A model generated the notes under the pieces. The model was not told where the DNA came from, did not search any database, and was given only the letters and a program-made list of their open reading frames with translations. Made by a program: the position numbers and the translations under genes. A DNA stretch of 64,000 nucleotides from Hydrolagus colliei (Eukaryota), in assembly GCA_035084275.1 (NCBI GenBank), contig CM068758.1, forward strand, positions 5,642,001-5,706,000, written 5' to 3'. This document shows positions 37,350 through 49,275 of the stretch, in pieces (within the stretch, counting starts at the first letter, position 1; the number at the start of each line of letters is the position of its first letter).

Positions 37350-37690
37350 CACAACAACAACAAAATGTGACAAAATTACACTTGTATAGCTCCTTTCACG
37401 TTGTCACAACAACTTGCATTTATATAGTTCCTTTTACGTCAGGAGGATGGCTCAAGTCACTGGATAGTTTGCACCCAAGCTAGGGATTGGATTCAAGAGG
37501 AGTGGCAGACGAGGTGGGTGAGTTGAGATGGTGACCAAAGGCCTGAGGAAGAGGAAGATCTTGAGATGCGGGGCTGAAGGAGGGAGGGGAAGGGGCAAAT
37601 TTCCAGAGGTTGGGGTTGACTCTTGCTCTTCGAAACTCTTACTATGGAGAGAGCCTCACTGTCGAGACCCTTGCTGGGCAAAGGCCTCTA
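37350..37690 (-). mobile_element. Tandem L2 3' ends, decayed
   Basis: Two (CAA)n-tatag..cctttcacgt tails at 37350 and 37405, followed by a G-rich L2 3' body. Confidence 0.6.
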
Positions 37691-40119
37691 CGGAAGGGGG
37701 GGGAAACGATCGCCTGCTGCACATTACAGAGGAAGTCTCCACCTTTAAGTTGTTTTGAGAACCCTATGGGAACAATCTGCTCTTTCTTGGTAATTATTGC
37801 CAAATCTGAATATACTATAATTCTCACGTGTGAGCTCATTTCATTGGAGCGTTGGACTGAGAGCAACCAAATCCTTTCATCAGTGGGCATCAAAAAGACT
37901 TTCAACCCTTTCTAATTTACCAGGATCAAACTGCAATTCAGAATTGTGAGGCATCGCCCACTCCCTGATTAACCGTGGCTATTGGTGCCATTAGTTGATT
38001 CGCACTCTGTGGGCACTACACCAGCCTCAGGCTGCAGAGAATGCCGTGAGTTGCAAGGCTCACATCTGCTGCTCCAGCTGACTGTTATATTAAACAGCAT
38101 GTTCTTTAGACTTTCATCTCTGACCCTTTGCGAAGGCTTTGTTGGTCACACAAGTTCCTGCCAACGCTCAAACACTGTTTTGTTGAATCAATTTCATGGT
38201 TTTTTACACTTCTGCCAGTAAAATCTGACCTTTTCAAAATAAAATAATTCCCCCTTTGATCTGGATTTCTGACTTTTTTATGTTTCTCGCTACGTTTGTC
38301 GCATTCTTCTTTGCTTACCGCAGTTTCTCACCTGTTTGGAATTAATGGTCTTTCCTATGACCTCCATCTTCGGTGTTTAACCTCAAAACAATAAACATCA
38401 GACGTGCCCATGTTATTACTGTGTGGCTGGCTGGAGACCATGAAAGATGAAGCCAGCACCAAATCCTACTGAAAAAGGCATCGAAAGGATTTTTCATTTC
38501 AACCTGCTGTTTTTAAACTCCTTAGACTTCCTGCTTTCTTGGCATATTCTTTAGATTTCTTTCCAGGTTCCTTCGCCGGACTTTATTAAGACTTCCCTAA
38601 AGCATATGCTGCACCCAACTCTCCTTCAGTGTGGCTGTGCACTAGGGTGTGGCATTGTGGAGTGCTGCCTTTGTGCTCACAGTTATTCCTTTGTTGCTGA
38701 GCTGGTAATTGTGCTATGAGGAAGTAGTAGGAACCCTGGCCCAATTTTCTCTTCCCTCCTGCCTCTCATTACCTACTTGGGCTAATCTCAGGTGTATCTT
38801 GTTGGACTGTACTGCAGACCTGCCCAGCTCAGGACACTGGACTATGAAGACCGCAGGATAATACAGGCAGTTAACACAATTCTAACATTCCATTGCCATG
38901 CATATCATGTAATTGATGGGGAAAATGTGGGAAATAGTTCCATCCATCAGTATGGACATGATGAACACAGATAAGTTACTGGAAAATGCAAGTGGTGTTA
39001 ATGGAGAAAAGGACAATTTGTGTTCCAACACATCTGTATCTCAGCAACTGAATTTGCTGAGTGGGTAACGAGGATCACAATGAAGGAGTTAGCAATTCAG
39101 ATATCCTCCCACTGTGAAGGACACTTTATAAATTAAAAGTTGTATTGTACTGTATCCTCGGATAGCTATACGGTTTTTGGTCAGCTGGGTGTCTGGACAT
39201 ACAGAAATTCACCACCATGCTTAAGTGTATCGAAACCAGACTGAGAATTCCACAAATTCATGCACCTATGCATGGAAATTCCCATGTTTGGAATAAAGAG
39301 TGTACCCATTCCTCAGAGCAATGCACTCTGCTTACCTAATTCTACAACACCAATAAAAATTACACTTGTATAGCACCTTTCACGTCAGGAGTATTTCGAG
39401 AAAGCATTTGGTACATGTTGGCAAGAATCAAGCCTTGGGGATCCAAGAGTGTGCATCAGGGTACTGCTGGAGTTTAACCAGATAAAGCTCTTACACTGCT
39501 GTAGATGCTTGTCTAGTGAGGACCAATCAACCTGTTAATGCTTTGCCTTCCAGGGGTAATGGGAGCAGAGTGGAAAGAGCAATCACAAACTAAGTACAGA
39601 ACACTATACTTTAGAGTATAGATCCTGTGAAATGCTTTGAGAAGTTTTGCTGATTTATGCTACCATGCATGAGGGGAACTATATAAATGTGTGTTGTTGC
39701 TATGTAAAAGGCACTATTGTACATCAAATGCAAGGATTATTACTTTTCATTTTTAAAATGCTGGGGTTATTTTCAATAGAGAATACAAACAATTGATGAA
39801 ATGAATCAAAAAATACATTTTGAGATCTGTGATTCATTTAATCAAGCTACAATTTGCACATAGTAGGGCAATTTCTGACAAACTAGTCCTGACTTTACTT
39901 TATCAAAGCTTGGCTATATTCCATTGCTGGCTGTAAAAGGAATAAAGTAAGACATCCCTGATGTTTGTGTGTGTATGTGTGTGTATGTATCTATAACATC
40001 ATTTGATGTATTGAGCCAGTTTCTTGGGGGTTGAGATGGAGCGGGAGGCGCAACTTAATCATCTAAATATCAGATGGGTGGAGGACTTGGACTCCCTTGA
40101 TAAGGAGAGCAGATGGTTC

Positions 40120-40450
40120 CAGGTAATGTAACTCCATATTTTCAGAGACTGTTTGGGATGTAGAACAGTACGGCATTCTGTCCTCTACTGGGAAAAGTGA
40201 GAAAGTGATTCAAATGGATATCATGTCTAAGCTCATTTATTTATTAAGCCTTCTCTCTCCAGGGATACCCCCAAGAAATGTTTGGATAATATTAACGGGC
40301 TAATGAGTGATTTCCTCTGGGATTATAAAAAGATTGAAAACCAGCCTACTAAAGTTACAAAGCCCCTGGGAATAGGGAGGTCTGGGCCTCTGATATCCAA
40401 AACTCATTACTTAGGCTTTTCAACAGGATCATTACATCATTGATTTTCAT
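40120..40450 (+). mobile_element. Decayed L1-clade ORF2 fragment (post-RT)
   Basis: Remnants IQMDIMSKLIYL, MSDFLWDYK and KLQSP...GGLGL match the L1 motifs KMNILPK.LYL / FIW / GGLGLP. Confidence 0.6.
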
Positions 40451-40584
40451 TTGGCTGTTTAGTGGATTAGGTTATATTCGAGCCAATCACAGAGATTTAC
40501 CTTATCTTTTTGACAATGCTGCAGTTTTGTAAAGTTGTTTAATCTAGGAGAGTGTGGTCACTAATTATTTTGTTCAGAAAATGC

Positions 40585-40690
40585 CTTGCAGACAGGACCT
40601 CGGTTGAATATCTCATCCAAAAGAATCTTGGCTTCGTTTGGAAGAGCTCCCCCAGCACTGCACTGGAGTATCACCTTAGAATATGAGTGG
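40585..40690 (-). mobile_element. DeuSINE core fragment
   Basis: agacaggacctcggttgaatatctcatccaaaaga...cagcactgcactggagt. Confidence 0.65.
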
Positions 40691-41074
40691 CGTGCATTCG
40701 TCAGCATTATTCTTTTGCTCATATCTTCTGAACTTCAATTCTAATGGCTTATTTCTCTTACCTCTGTTGCTTGTTCCTCATTCCTCCAAATTCCACAAAT
40801 GGTGTTTGATCAGTTCCTTTGCTCCTGCCCTCTAAAACTCTCATCTAGAATCCCTTTAAACCTCATCTCTTCCTGCTGGGGGATGGTCAATAACAACAAC
40901 AACTTCGATTTATTTAGCGCCCTCCACGCTGGACGGCGTCTCAGAGCGCTTTGGTCCTCCTGACATGAAAGCTCTGTATAAATGTGAATTAGTTTTGTAT
41001 TGCTTTCAAACCCTCTTAAAAACATGAACTTGCCTTCAATTACAACTTTTCATCAACACCTATAAAATCCTTAA

Positions 41075-41175
41075 CAAAAACAGAAGCTGTTAGGAACATT
41101 CATCAGGTCAGGCAGCATCTATGGAGAAAGGAAAAGTGATTCAATGTTTCGGGTCCACGCCCTTCATCAGAACTG
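41075..41175. mobile_element. Penelope-like element terminal fragment
   Basis: caggtcaggcagcatctatggaga...aatgtttcgggtcc..cccttcatcagaact resembles a terminal motif of chondrichthyan Penelope-like repeats (recalled, not searched). Confidence 0.5.
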
Positions 41176-41559
41176 GGGCATATTGGGAGGGAGAGGCTTT
41201 TCAGGATTAATAGAGAAGGGGAGGCAAGGCAAGGAAGACAAAGGAGAAAATGGGATAGAGGGCAGCAGATTATAAAAATCCTTGTCTTATAAAATCCATG
41301 TCCTGTTCACTTTGATTATGTTTTCTGCCAATTGGAGAGCCAGAAAGGTGAGTGGAATCCCAGCCAGAGATACATAAGTGCTAGTAAGAACCAAAGAATG
41401 GCTTCAGTCTTGTTGACATTGACGAGGCAGATGGAACAGAAGAGAAATAAGTCAGAGAGAGTCTAAGATGAAAGACTTTGCCTACGTAGACCAGCACAGA
41501 AACATGCTTTTTGGCCCAACTAGTCAGTGCCAGCATATATTTTCTACAAAAGCATATGG

Positions 41560-41940
41560 ATACTAGGATTTGTAAATAGGGCATAGAATACAAAAGTTAG
41601 GAGGTTATGATGAATATAAAATGCTGGTTAGGCTTCAATTGGAGTACTGTGTTCAGTTCTGGGCACCCCACTTTAGGAAAGATGTTAAGGCATTGGAGAG
41701 AGTACAAAGGAGATTTACCAGGATGGTACCAGGAATGAAGGATCTTAGTTATGAAGAGAGGTTGGCAAAACTAGGATTATTTTCCCTAGAGCAGAGAAGA
41801 TTAAGAGGGGATTTAATAGAGGTTTTCAAGATCATGAAGGGATTTGATAAGTTGAACCGGGAAAAACTGTTTCCACTAGCATGTGGGTTTGTAACCCAAG
41901 GACACCGATTAAGATAGTTGTTAAAAGAAACAGAGGGGAG
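41560..41940 (+). mobile_element. CR1 ORF2 C-terminal fragment
   Basis: LVRLQLEYCVQFWAPHFRKDVKALERVQRRFTRMVPG...REKLFPL; homologous to the 12815 ORF; ends abruptly in a hairpin. Confidence 0.9.
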
Positions 41941-42776
41941 GTACTGTACTGTACCTCCCCTCTGTACAGTACAGCGCTGTACTGGGATGCTAGTTTATAC
42001 TATATGGGTTTTAAATCCCCAAAATAGGGCTTGAACCAACAACCTTCTAATTTGGAGGTAGGAGGTAGTTATCAACTGAGCAAGGTTGACTCAATTATCC
42101 TAAGACTATACATGTCTGGAGGAAAACCTTGTTATCTCAACAAATGCTCCACATTCCAACCACAACATGCACCATATAACACGAAGAACCACAGAGACAG
42201 AGTATGGATGGAAAGACAGTAGAAGAGCAATACAGATGATGCTGAAAGCAATGAAGAATGCAGGGCTTCATCTACCATGAGAGGAAGTATTTCACAACGC
42301 CTGGAATCACTTTAGCACTAAGTACCAGCGCACAGCATTCCTAGAGAGGATTAAATTGCAGTAAGATTAATTATCAGTTGGATATATTTGTATAGTAACG
42401 CTTTGTGATCTATTCAGTACCTGATACTTTTCAGTCGATACCAAACAAAAATATCTGTTCTCATTGGAAATCCTGGAGTGTAATGACGTCTCCTATTTAT
42501 TCAGTATTAATGTTCTAAGCATGTCTCCTTCAATAATATTCAAAGCAAGTTAAAATTGTCAGTCAAACTGTAATAGAAACTGTTACCAAGAGGGACTAAG
42601 TACAGTATGTAACTCAAAGAATAGCCTAGACAATGAGTCAAACAAACCACCAAGAGACTTGCTGGTATAATTGGTTCTGGTTCCTACAAAGGGACCTGAT
42701 GTATCCAGTATCCTCCCTTCCTCCTATATCTACTCACTCTTGGCGCCTCCTGCTCTATCAGGGGAGCTTTCTGTAA

Positions 42777-43170
42777 CAATAATAATCTTCGCAATTGATA
42801 TAGAGCTATTCACATCAGGAGGATGTCACAAAGAGCTTCACAGGATCTAAACTGTATTTCCTGTAATATTTATTATAAACTGCAGAACTTGCTGTAAACT
42901 ATATTTCCTAGGCAATAGCAGCAGCCAATTTGTGCTCACCAGTGTCCTATAAAAACAGTCACAAAGTGAATGACTGATTTTAACATCCAACTAAACAGAC
43001 AGGCGAGACCTTGGTTTGATGTTTCACCCAAAACGTAGCAACTCTAGTGCAGAGCTCCCCAGCACTGCACTGCAATGTCAGAGTAACACATCAGCTCAAA
43101 GTTCCGACATAGAAGCTGGAGACCCCAACCTCTTGACTCCGAGATGAGTGTGCCTGAGCCAGGCTGACAC
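42777..43170 (-). mobile_element. DeuSINE family B, near full length
   Basis: Reverse tail, gcagccaatttgtgc, accttggtttgatgtttcaccc, cagcactgcactg, and head ccaacctcttgactc...ctgagccaggctgac. Confidence 0.7.
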
Positions 43171-44763
43171 TACTTTAAAGGGCCACTGCTGCCAATCAAA
43201 CCCGTGTCATACATCAGTTTGGTAACTGATCAAGCAATTGCATACCTGTAGTATATGATGTGCTACAGGTATGCAATGTACCTGCATACAGGTACTTTTA
43301 TTGCTTGTCCTGTCATATTTTTTATAAATGAGGAAGTTTTTTTAAACAAAATCTATATCTTGCGCATGGATGAGATTGGATGACTCAAGTTCTCCTCAGC
43401 ACATACCTTTGTCTTGGGTGTTGCATTTGTCCAATTATTATCTAAAACGGGACCATTCAAATAGGTAGACTTTCAAACACCCAATAATTGGAACATTGTG
43501 TCTTGGAATCTGCATACCCCTGTCTATTTTCATCCAACCTTTTCTGAATAGGAAGATCCACAGATACTTGCAAGTAATGGATTTTAGGAATGTGTGGAAA
43601 CAGTAGGTAAATGGAAATAATAGGTCTGCTATGGCCTTTCAATAAAAATGGAACAGACGTGAGTGGCCTGTTCCCGTCTTCCTAACAGATGGGTTTGTGC
43701 AGCAAAGTGTTAGACAAATCCATCCCCCAAAAGAGCACGGAGATCCCAGAGGTATCAGCGTCAACTCTCCCTCTCAGAGTACGTCTATTGCATTTGGTAT
43801 TTGTTTCATCGAGTAATTGACGCCAATGCTTTTAAAAGTTTAAAAAGACTGTCATTCTGAGTTACCTCTCCAGTGACACTGATCCAAGCAGTGGAATGCC
43901 AGGTAACATCTGGTTCTATGTTATATAGGAATATGTTGATGCAGCTTTGGCTAACGTATAAAGATTCAAATCTGATAATGAGAGATGGCAAAACCTGAGA
44001 TCCATTCCTCGGTCGGAAAAGAAGAAAAGGAGTAAAAAACCCTTTGTTGTAATTTTTTTCTAAGAAGAAAAAGCTGTTAAGTTCACAGTGGAATTTCAAT
44101 CTAGGGGCCCAATGCTGTCAGTGCGAAGCTTGCTCTCCCAGAAAGAATCACAGATCAGTTAAAAAATTTGCCCCAGTTTTCCCTACGGTAAACGCACTTA
44201 CCAGTGTGGAACTGAACCACCCACAGCACAAAGGTCCCAGGTTTGATCCTTGGTCTGTAGTGAGTTAGCTGATATCTTTAGAGGCAGTAGCGTGAGATTG
44301 TTGCAATTGTACTGACCCTCAAAACCTTAATCGTGACTGGGTTTTTCTTGCAGTTCACCAGAATTATGGGTTATGGCATCTGACAACTCCAGGACTGCAC
44401 TGATGACAGTAAAACTGACTCCCCTGATAAACTAATGGAACCATCTAGCACCCACCCTGAAACATTGGAGCAACTTTTAGTACTGTAACAACAACAACTT
44501 GCATATATATAGCACCCTCCACACCAGACGGCATCTCAGTACCTATACTGCAGTATCTGAGATCTAACTGTCCTCCTAGTTGGGGAATTCCCACTAACTG
44601 CTCCATTATAATAAGCCTACTGAAAGCAGAGCTTTGCTGATTCAATGGTCTGCTGGACCAGCTGATCCCATTACTCTGAATCAGGCAGTTCTGTAATACT
44701 TTGGTAGGTTGCTCCCAACCGGACAAGCAGCAGAAAAATTACGTCACTTGTTTCCCTAAAGTC

Positions 44764-45230
44764 ATGGAGTCTTATAACTTAGTGGTTAGAGCATTCGCCT
44801 TACAAGCGAGAGACCTGGGTTCGATTCCAGGGCATAACCTTGGGCAAGTTTCCTTACTCCACACGCCTGATAATAATCCCTCAAGAAAAAAAAATAAAAA
44901 TTGGTCATTTCAATCCACGACTATTTGTGGGACACTGCTGTGTGCATTTGGCTGCCACATTTCACCCACAAATATACAGTCAATTCACTTTATGGTATAT
45001 TCTGTATATGTACAGTATATGTCCATGCATTCGTCACATCAAGGCTCGACAATGGAAACTCCCTCCTCGTGAAAGGCGCTCTATAAATGTAATTTTTTGG
45101 TTTGTTTGTTTGTTTGTTTGTTTGCTTGCTTGTTTGTTTGTTTGTTTGTTGTATGCTGTGAAGCGCTTTGAAACATCTAGAAGATGTGAAAAGCATTATA
45201 TCAAGTCCAAGAATTATTATTATTATTATT
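44764..45230 (+). mobile_element. SINE family A, full length, with an L2-derived insert and (TTTG)n at ~45005-45152
   Basis: Head agtggttagagcattcgccttacaagcgagagacctgggttcgattcc. The tail is split at gtatattctgt by gtccatgcattcgtcacatcaaggctcgac (VHAFVTSRLD) plus an L2 tail. Confidence 0.88.
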
Positions 45231-45663
45231 TTCTGCTGTGTTCTTAGGGCACAAGTATCCTCATCCTTTAGAAACTGGAGGCTTAAGCTCACAAGCTTTT
45301 TCTACGTGTGTCATGCCAAAAGAGATAAGCGATTCAACAAAGTAACGAGTATGATTCCTCATTCCAACTAAAACCCAATAATGTTTTATTTCTTCTATAC
45401 CTAGACTATAGAATTTTCTTTGAATCGAAAACAAATTCTGGACTTTCAAATCCCATTAATGGCTAGAAATTAATTTAAGTGAGGCAGACAGAGTAACAAG
45501 GTGAAGTTGACATGCTTTATAAATTTAATCTGAAACTCAAGGCTTTTGTCACCTTACTACCACCCTCACAGCTTCTTTATCTAGCTTGGGTAACTGAGTA
45601 AAGTCCCTTCTATACTGTACCACAGAAGCCACTTGCCATCCAGTACTTCAACCAAATGATGCA

Positions 45664-45884
45664 CAATAAAAGCCCGTTTATCCGGCACCCTCGGGACCTG
45701 GCCAATGCCGGTTAAAGCGCATGCCAGATATTTGGCCGAAAATACACACAAAAATTAAAAAGTATTTTTTAAAAATGCATTGTGCCGGATAAATTCTGGT
45801 TAATCGAATGTGGACCTTTTTTTTGAGTTGCCGGTTAAACGGAAGTTACGGTTGATCGGGTCACGGATAAATGGGCTTTTACTG
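45664..45884. mobile_element. Tigger-type MITE, 221 bp
   Basis: TIRs caataaaagcccgtttatccg and cggataaatgggcttttactg (19/21 match). TA on the right, CA (mutated TA) on the left. Internal GCCGGWTAA repeats. Confidence 0.8.
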
Positions 45885-48599
45885 TACTTTCATTGAGCAG
45901 CAACTGTTTATCGAACCATAGGGGCATCATCATACAAAGCACTTCTGCCTTTATCCTGACATCTGCAAACTTTCCAGAAGAGGTCACTAGGTGGTAATCA
46001 ACAGCAGGATCTCTGCTACAACAAGAAAAGGATGTGACTGGGTACTGTGGATGTAGTCACAGTACCCGTTAATTTACCTCAGCCCTGAAATGAGTGAGCA
46101 ACAGTATCCAGATAAACACAACTACAAGTAAACATTAATTCCAAAGGACTAAATCACTTCCTGTCATAACGTTCCTAACCCAGGTTTTATTGCCCAACAC
46201 TGATTGAAGCATAACATTTTCCGTAATAATTTAATTTCCCACAACAGATTCTTGTCTGTCCATTCTTGAAAGGGGTATGGCTTGAGTCCTAACCTTTTTG
46301 CAACTTAATGTTTTGTCATCTGTTTTCTCATTCGAAATATAATGTTTAAAACCTTTCAATTATGAAATCTCACTTTGGGTTTTTCTGTCTCTGTGATGTA
46401 ATGCTGAGGGGGGACTGTTTATTAAGTGGTTCTTTGGTTCACTAAGGGAACCGTATGCACTTCATTGAACCAATCAGTAATGTCCCAACTGAACCTTTAT
46501 GACACAAGATATCTTCCCCCACCCCCCAACCCCACTTCCTGCCATACCTCATCCAACTCTTCTGCCATGTCAACTTCACAATGTATTGCAGCTTTGTATT
46601 CTGGCTCTGCATGATCCTGGAGTGTGATTTCTGGGCTAACAATGGCGACTGAATCTGCCAATGTGTGCAAATAATTTGAGAGGATGTTTGTTACTCAAGA
46701 GGATGGGATGAGGAGGGTTCAGCACTTCTGCTTGCATTAAATCTCCATTACATCATGTCAACCACAGTTGATGTAACAAAGGACAGGTACAGTTTATATA
46801 TAGAATTTATGTATGATATATATACAAGGTAGAATCTAATGGGCATATAGTTGGCTTTAATTGTTGACTTGGAAGTCTTCTAACCATGTTATGCCGCTCA
46901 TTGGCATCCAGTTCTGGGAAGAGGCAGAATTTTTTCTCTGTGACCATGTGATGTGCGATCAAGCTTTATTTCTCCAAGTGCAAGACCTAACTGGCAATAG
47001 AGTTCATTAGTATTTCCTGACCCTACACATTTCAAATAGTGATGTGATCAAAAGGGGCAAAGAGAGCCTTCTTTCATCTAACCATATCATATCTGTCTGA
47101 GGAATGTTTGTTGCTATACAACTGTAATTTTGTTGTTGTTGTTGTCAATGCAAGGCAACCAAAATGGGAGTGTTTCATTACTATCTCTCGCTTTCATAAG
47201 TATGAAATGCACCAAAAACTGTCTTGGTGGCACGGAAACATGAGTGCTGGAGCATCATGGTTTGGTGGGTGCTGGGTGCTGCCTGGAATTTCTGAACAAC
47301 ATTGGTAAGGCTTAAAGCCTGGGCTCTTCTGTGCAGAAAATGAAGGGAAACAGGAGAGTGACTTGAGGAGTCTGGCATCTCTGAAATGTTTTCTAGTGTG
47401 AAGGAGTGATCTGGGTGGTATTGTTGAGGATTGAAAGTTTCGTTATGCAGGTTAAATATGAAGTAAAGTTCTTCTATACTGACCTGTCCATCACTCTCTG
47501 GTTTGGTACAGCATGGGTTAACTATGGTGGTGTGAATTTTGTCTGTACTGTTCCATTAACAGTGAAATAGCTCTTGCCACCAATATCAATGAGCGTCTAG
47601 TGGTTTACTGGTGACATTTTCTATCTCCCTCACCGAGCTTTTTGGTTGACGGTACTAATTGAATGCAACTTCTAGCGGTTTTGTGGTGCCTTATCCACCA
47701 GGAATTGTTGAAACAAATTTATTTTCGTAATACCAAACCAAGATGCAAGACTTCAAACAGTTAACGTGTACCATGTGCATTTGGCTCTGAGATGAAAAAA
47801 TAAATCTTCTGACATTAAACACACTGGAAATGTATCCAGAGCAACGCGCATGTAGCTCAGTAAATCACTCAGTCACATTGTATATTAATGTCAGGCAGGC
47901 CTAAGCTGATCAGGAACCTAAGGTAAGGAGTTTATTTTTCCATTGTCCATCCCAGAATTCTGCCACATCCCTTCGCAGACTCAGATTTGAAGTGAGTGGA
48001 ATAGATCAAGGAAGGATTGTCGACCACACACTAGGCAAGACTCAGTTGATAGGAATTTTTCTAGTCCCCTGATGCATCAGTAAGACAACAAAGGCAATGT
48101 GCATCAGTAACGAAATAACCTCAATAAATCTGAGAAATATTACGCAACCAACAGCATAGAACAAATGCAGCAAATTTAGAAACACTTCAGAAGATATGCT
48201 GTAAAAGCAGGAGTAATATGGCCTTTCAATTGGCATTGGCTGGTTCCTTCCATATTCAATCGTAAAGGAGAGGATGAGCATTTATATTTTAGAAAAAGGG
48301 ACAAACTGCATTGTAATAAATAATTTTTCCATTTTATCCAGTGCCTGTAACACCAAAGTTGCAAAAGGCCTTTACAGTAATTATCATTAAGTGTAGTCCC
48401 TGTATATTTGGAAGTCATTTCAGTGAACAATTCGTGCACAGCGATGTCCCACAAGTAGCCAGGAGACTAAAGATCTAGCTACTACTTAGGTGCCATTTCA
48501 GTCACCTAATCTTAAGAGAGACAACACTGCCCGTGAGAGCAGCCACAGACAGTATTGAGGAAGAGCAGGCACAGGAAGATTTCAGAAATTGAGGAAAGA

Positions 48600-48915
48600 A
48601 ACAGGAAATTAGATCTGTTCTCTTTGAAAGATCATAGGATTATGAAGTTGATGTGGACAAATTGCTTTCTATCGGAATGGATTCAAACATCAGGGGACAG
48701 AAGATAAATATTCGGAAGTTAGAGGGAAGCCAGGTGAAACATGTGGAATAGGTTACCAGGAGAAGGTCATTGAGGCTGACAGCATCAATTGATTCAAGAA
48801 GCAACTATCTCTGAAGAGAGAGAATAGGAGATAAGGGAATAGTTGGGTTTGGCATTTAAATAAAAGAGATGGGTGTATTGGTCCAGTTTAATGTTTTCTA
48901 ATGTGTCCCGTGTTT
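48600..48915 (+). mobile_element. Highly decayed CR1 3' end
   Basis: ctgttctctttg...gtggacaaattgctttc...caggggacagaagataaa...tgtggaataggttacca...attgaggc. Confidence 0.55.
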
Positions 48916-49062
48916 GTTATTCCTGTCCTCATTCTCCTTTGATGACAGTTAACTGGGTTTTGCACTTTGTGTCTGGGTTGCATAGTTGTTCGACCTCAAG
49001 AACAGCTCATGCAACTCGTGCCTTGTGATCCATATGAGAAATGCTGGTGTGTTACTCTAATG

Positions 49063-49275
49063 AAACAACAACAAATTATGTTTGTATAGCACCTTTCGTG
49101 TCAGGAGGACGTTCCAAGGTGCTGAACAGTCAGGGGTCCATACCTAAACTGATAGTTTGGATCAGCAGGGGTAGAAGGAGGGAACATGGGGGTAGGAGGG
49201 TGACCGAAGGCAGTCAAAGAGAAGAGCTTTAAAGGAGGCACAGGAGGGGGCAAGGTGGAGGGACTGTGGGGACTT
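49063..49275 (-). mobile_element. L2 3' end
   Basis: aacaacaacaaattatgtttgtatagcacctttcgtgtcaggaggacgttccaagg, similar to the copy at 4018. Confidence 0.7.
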
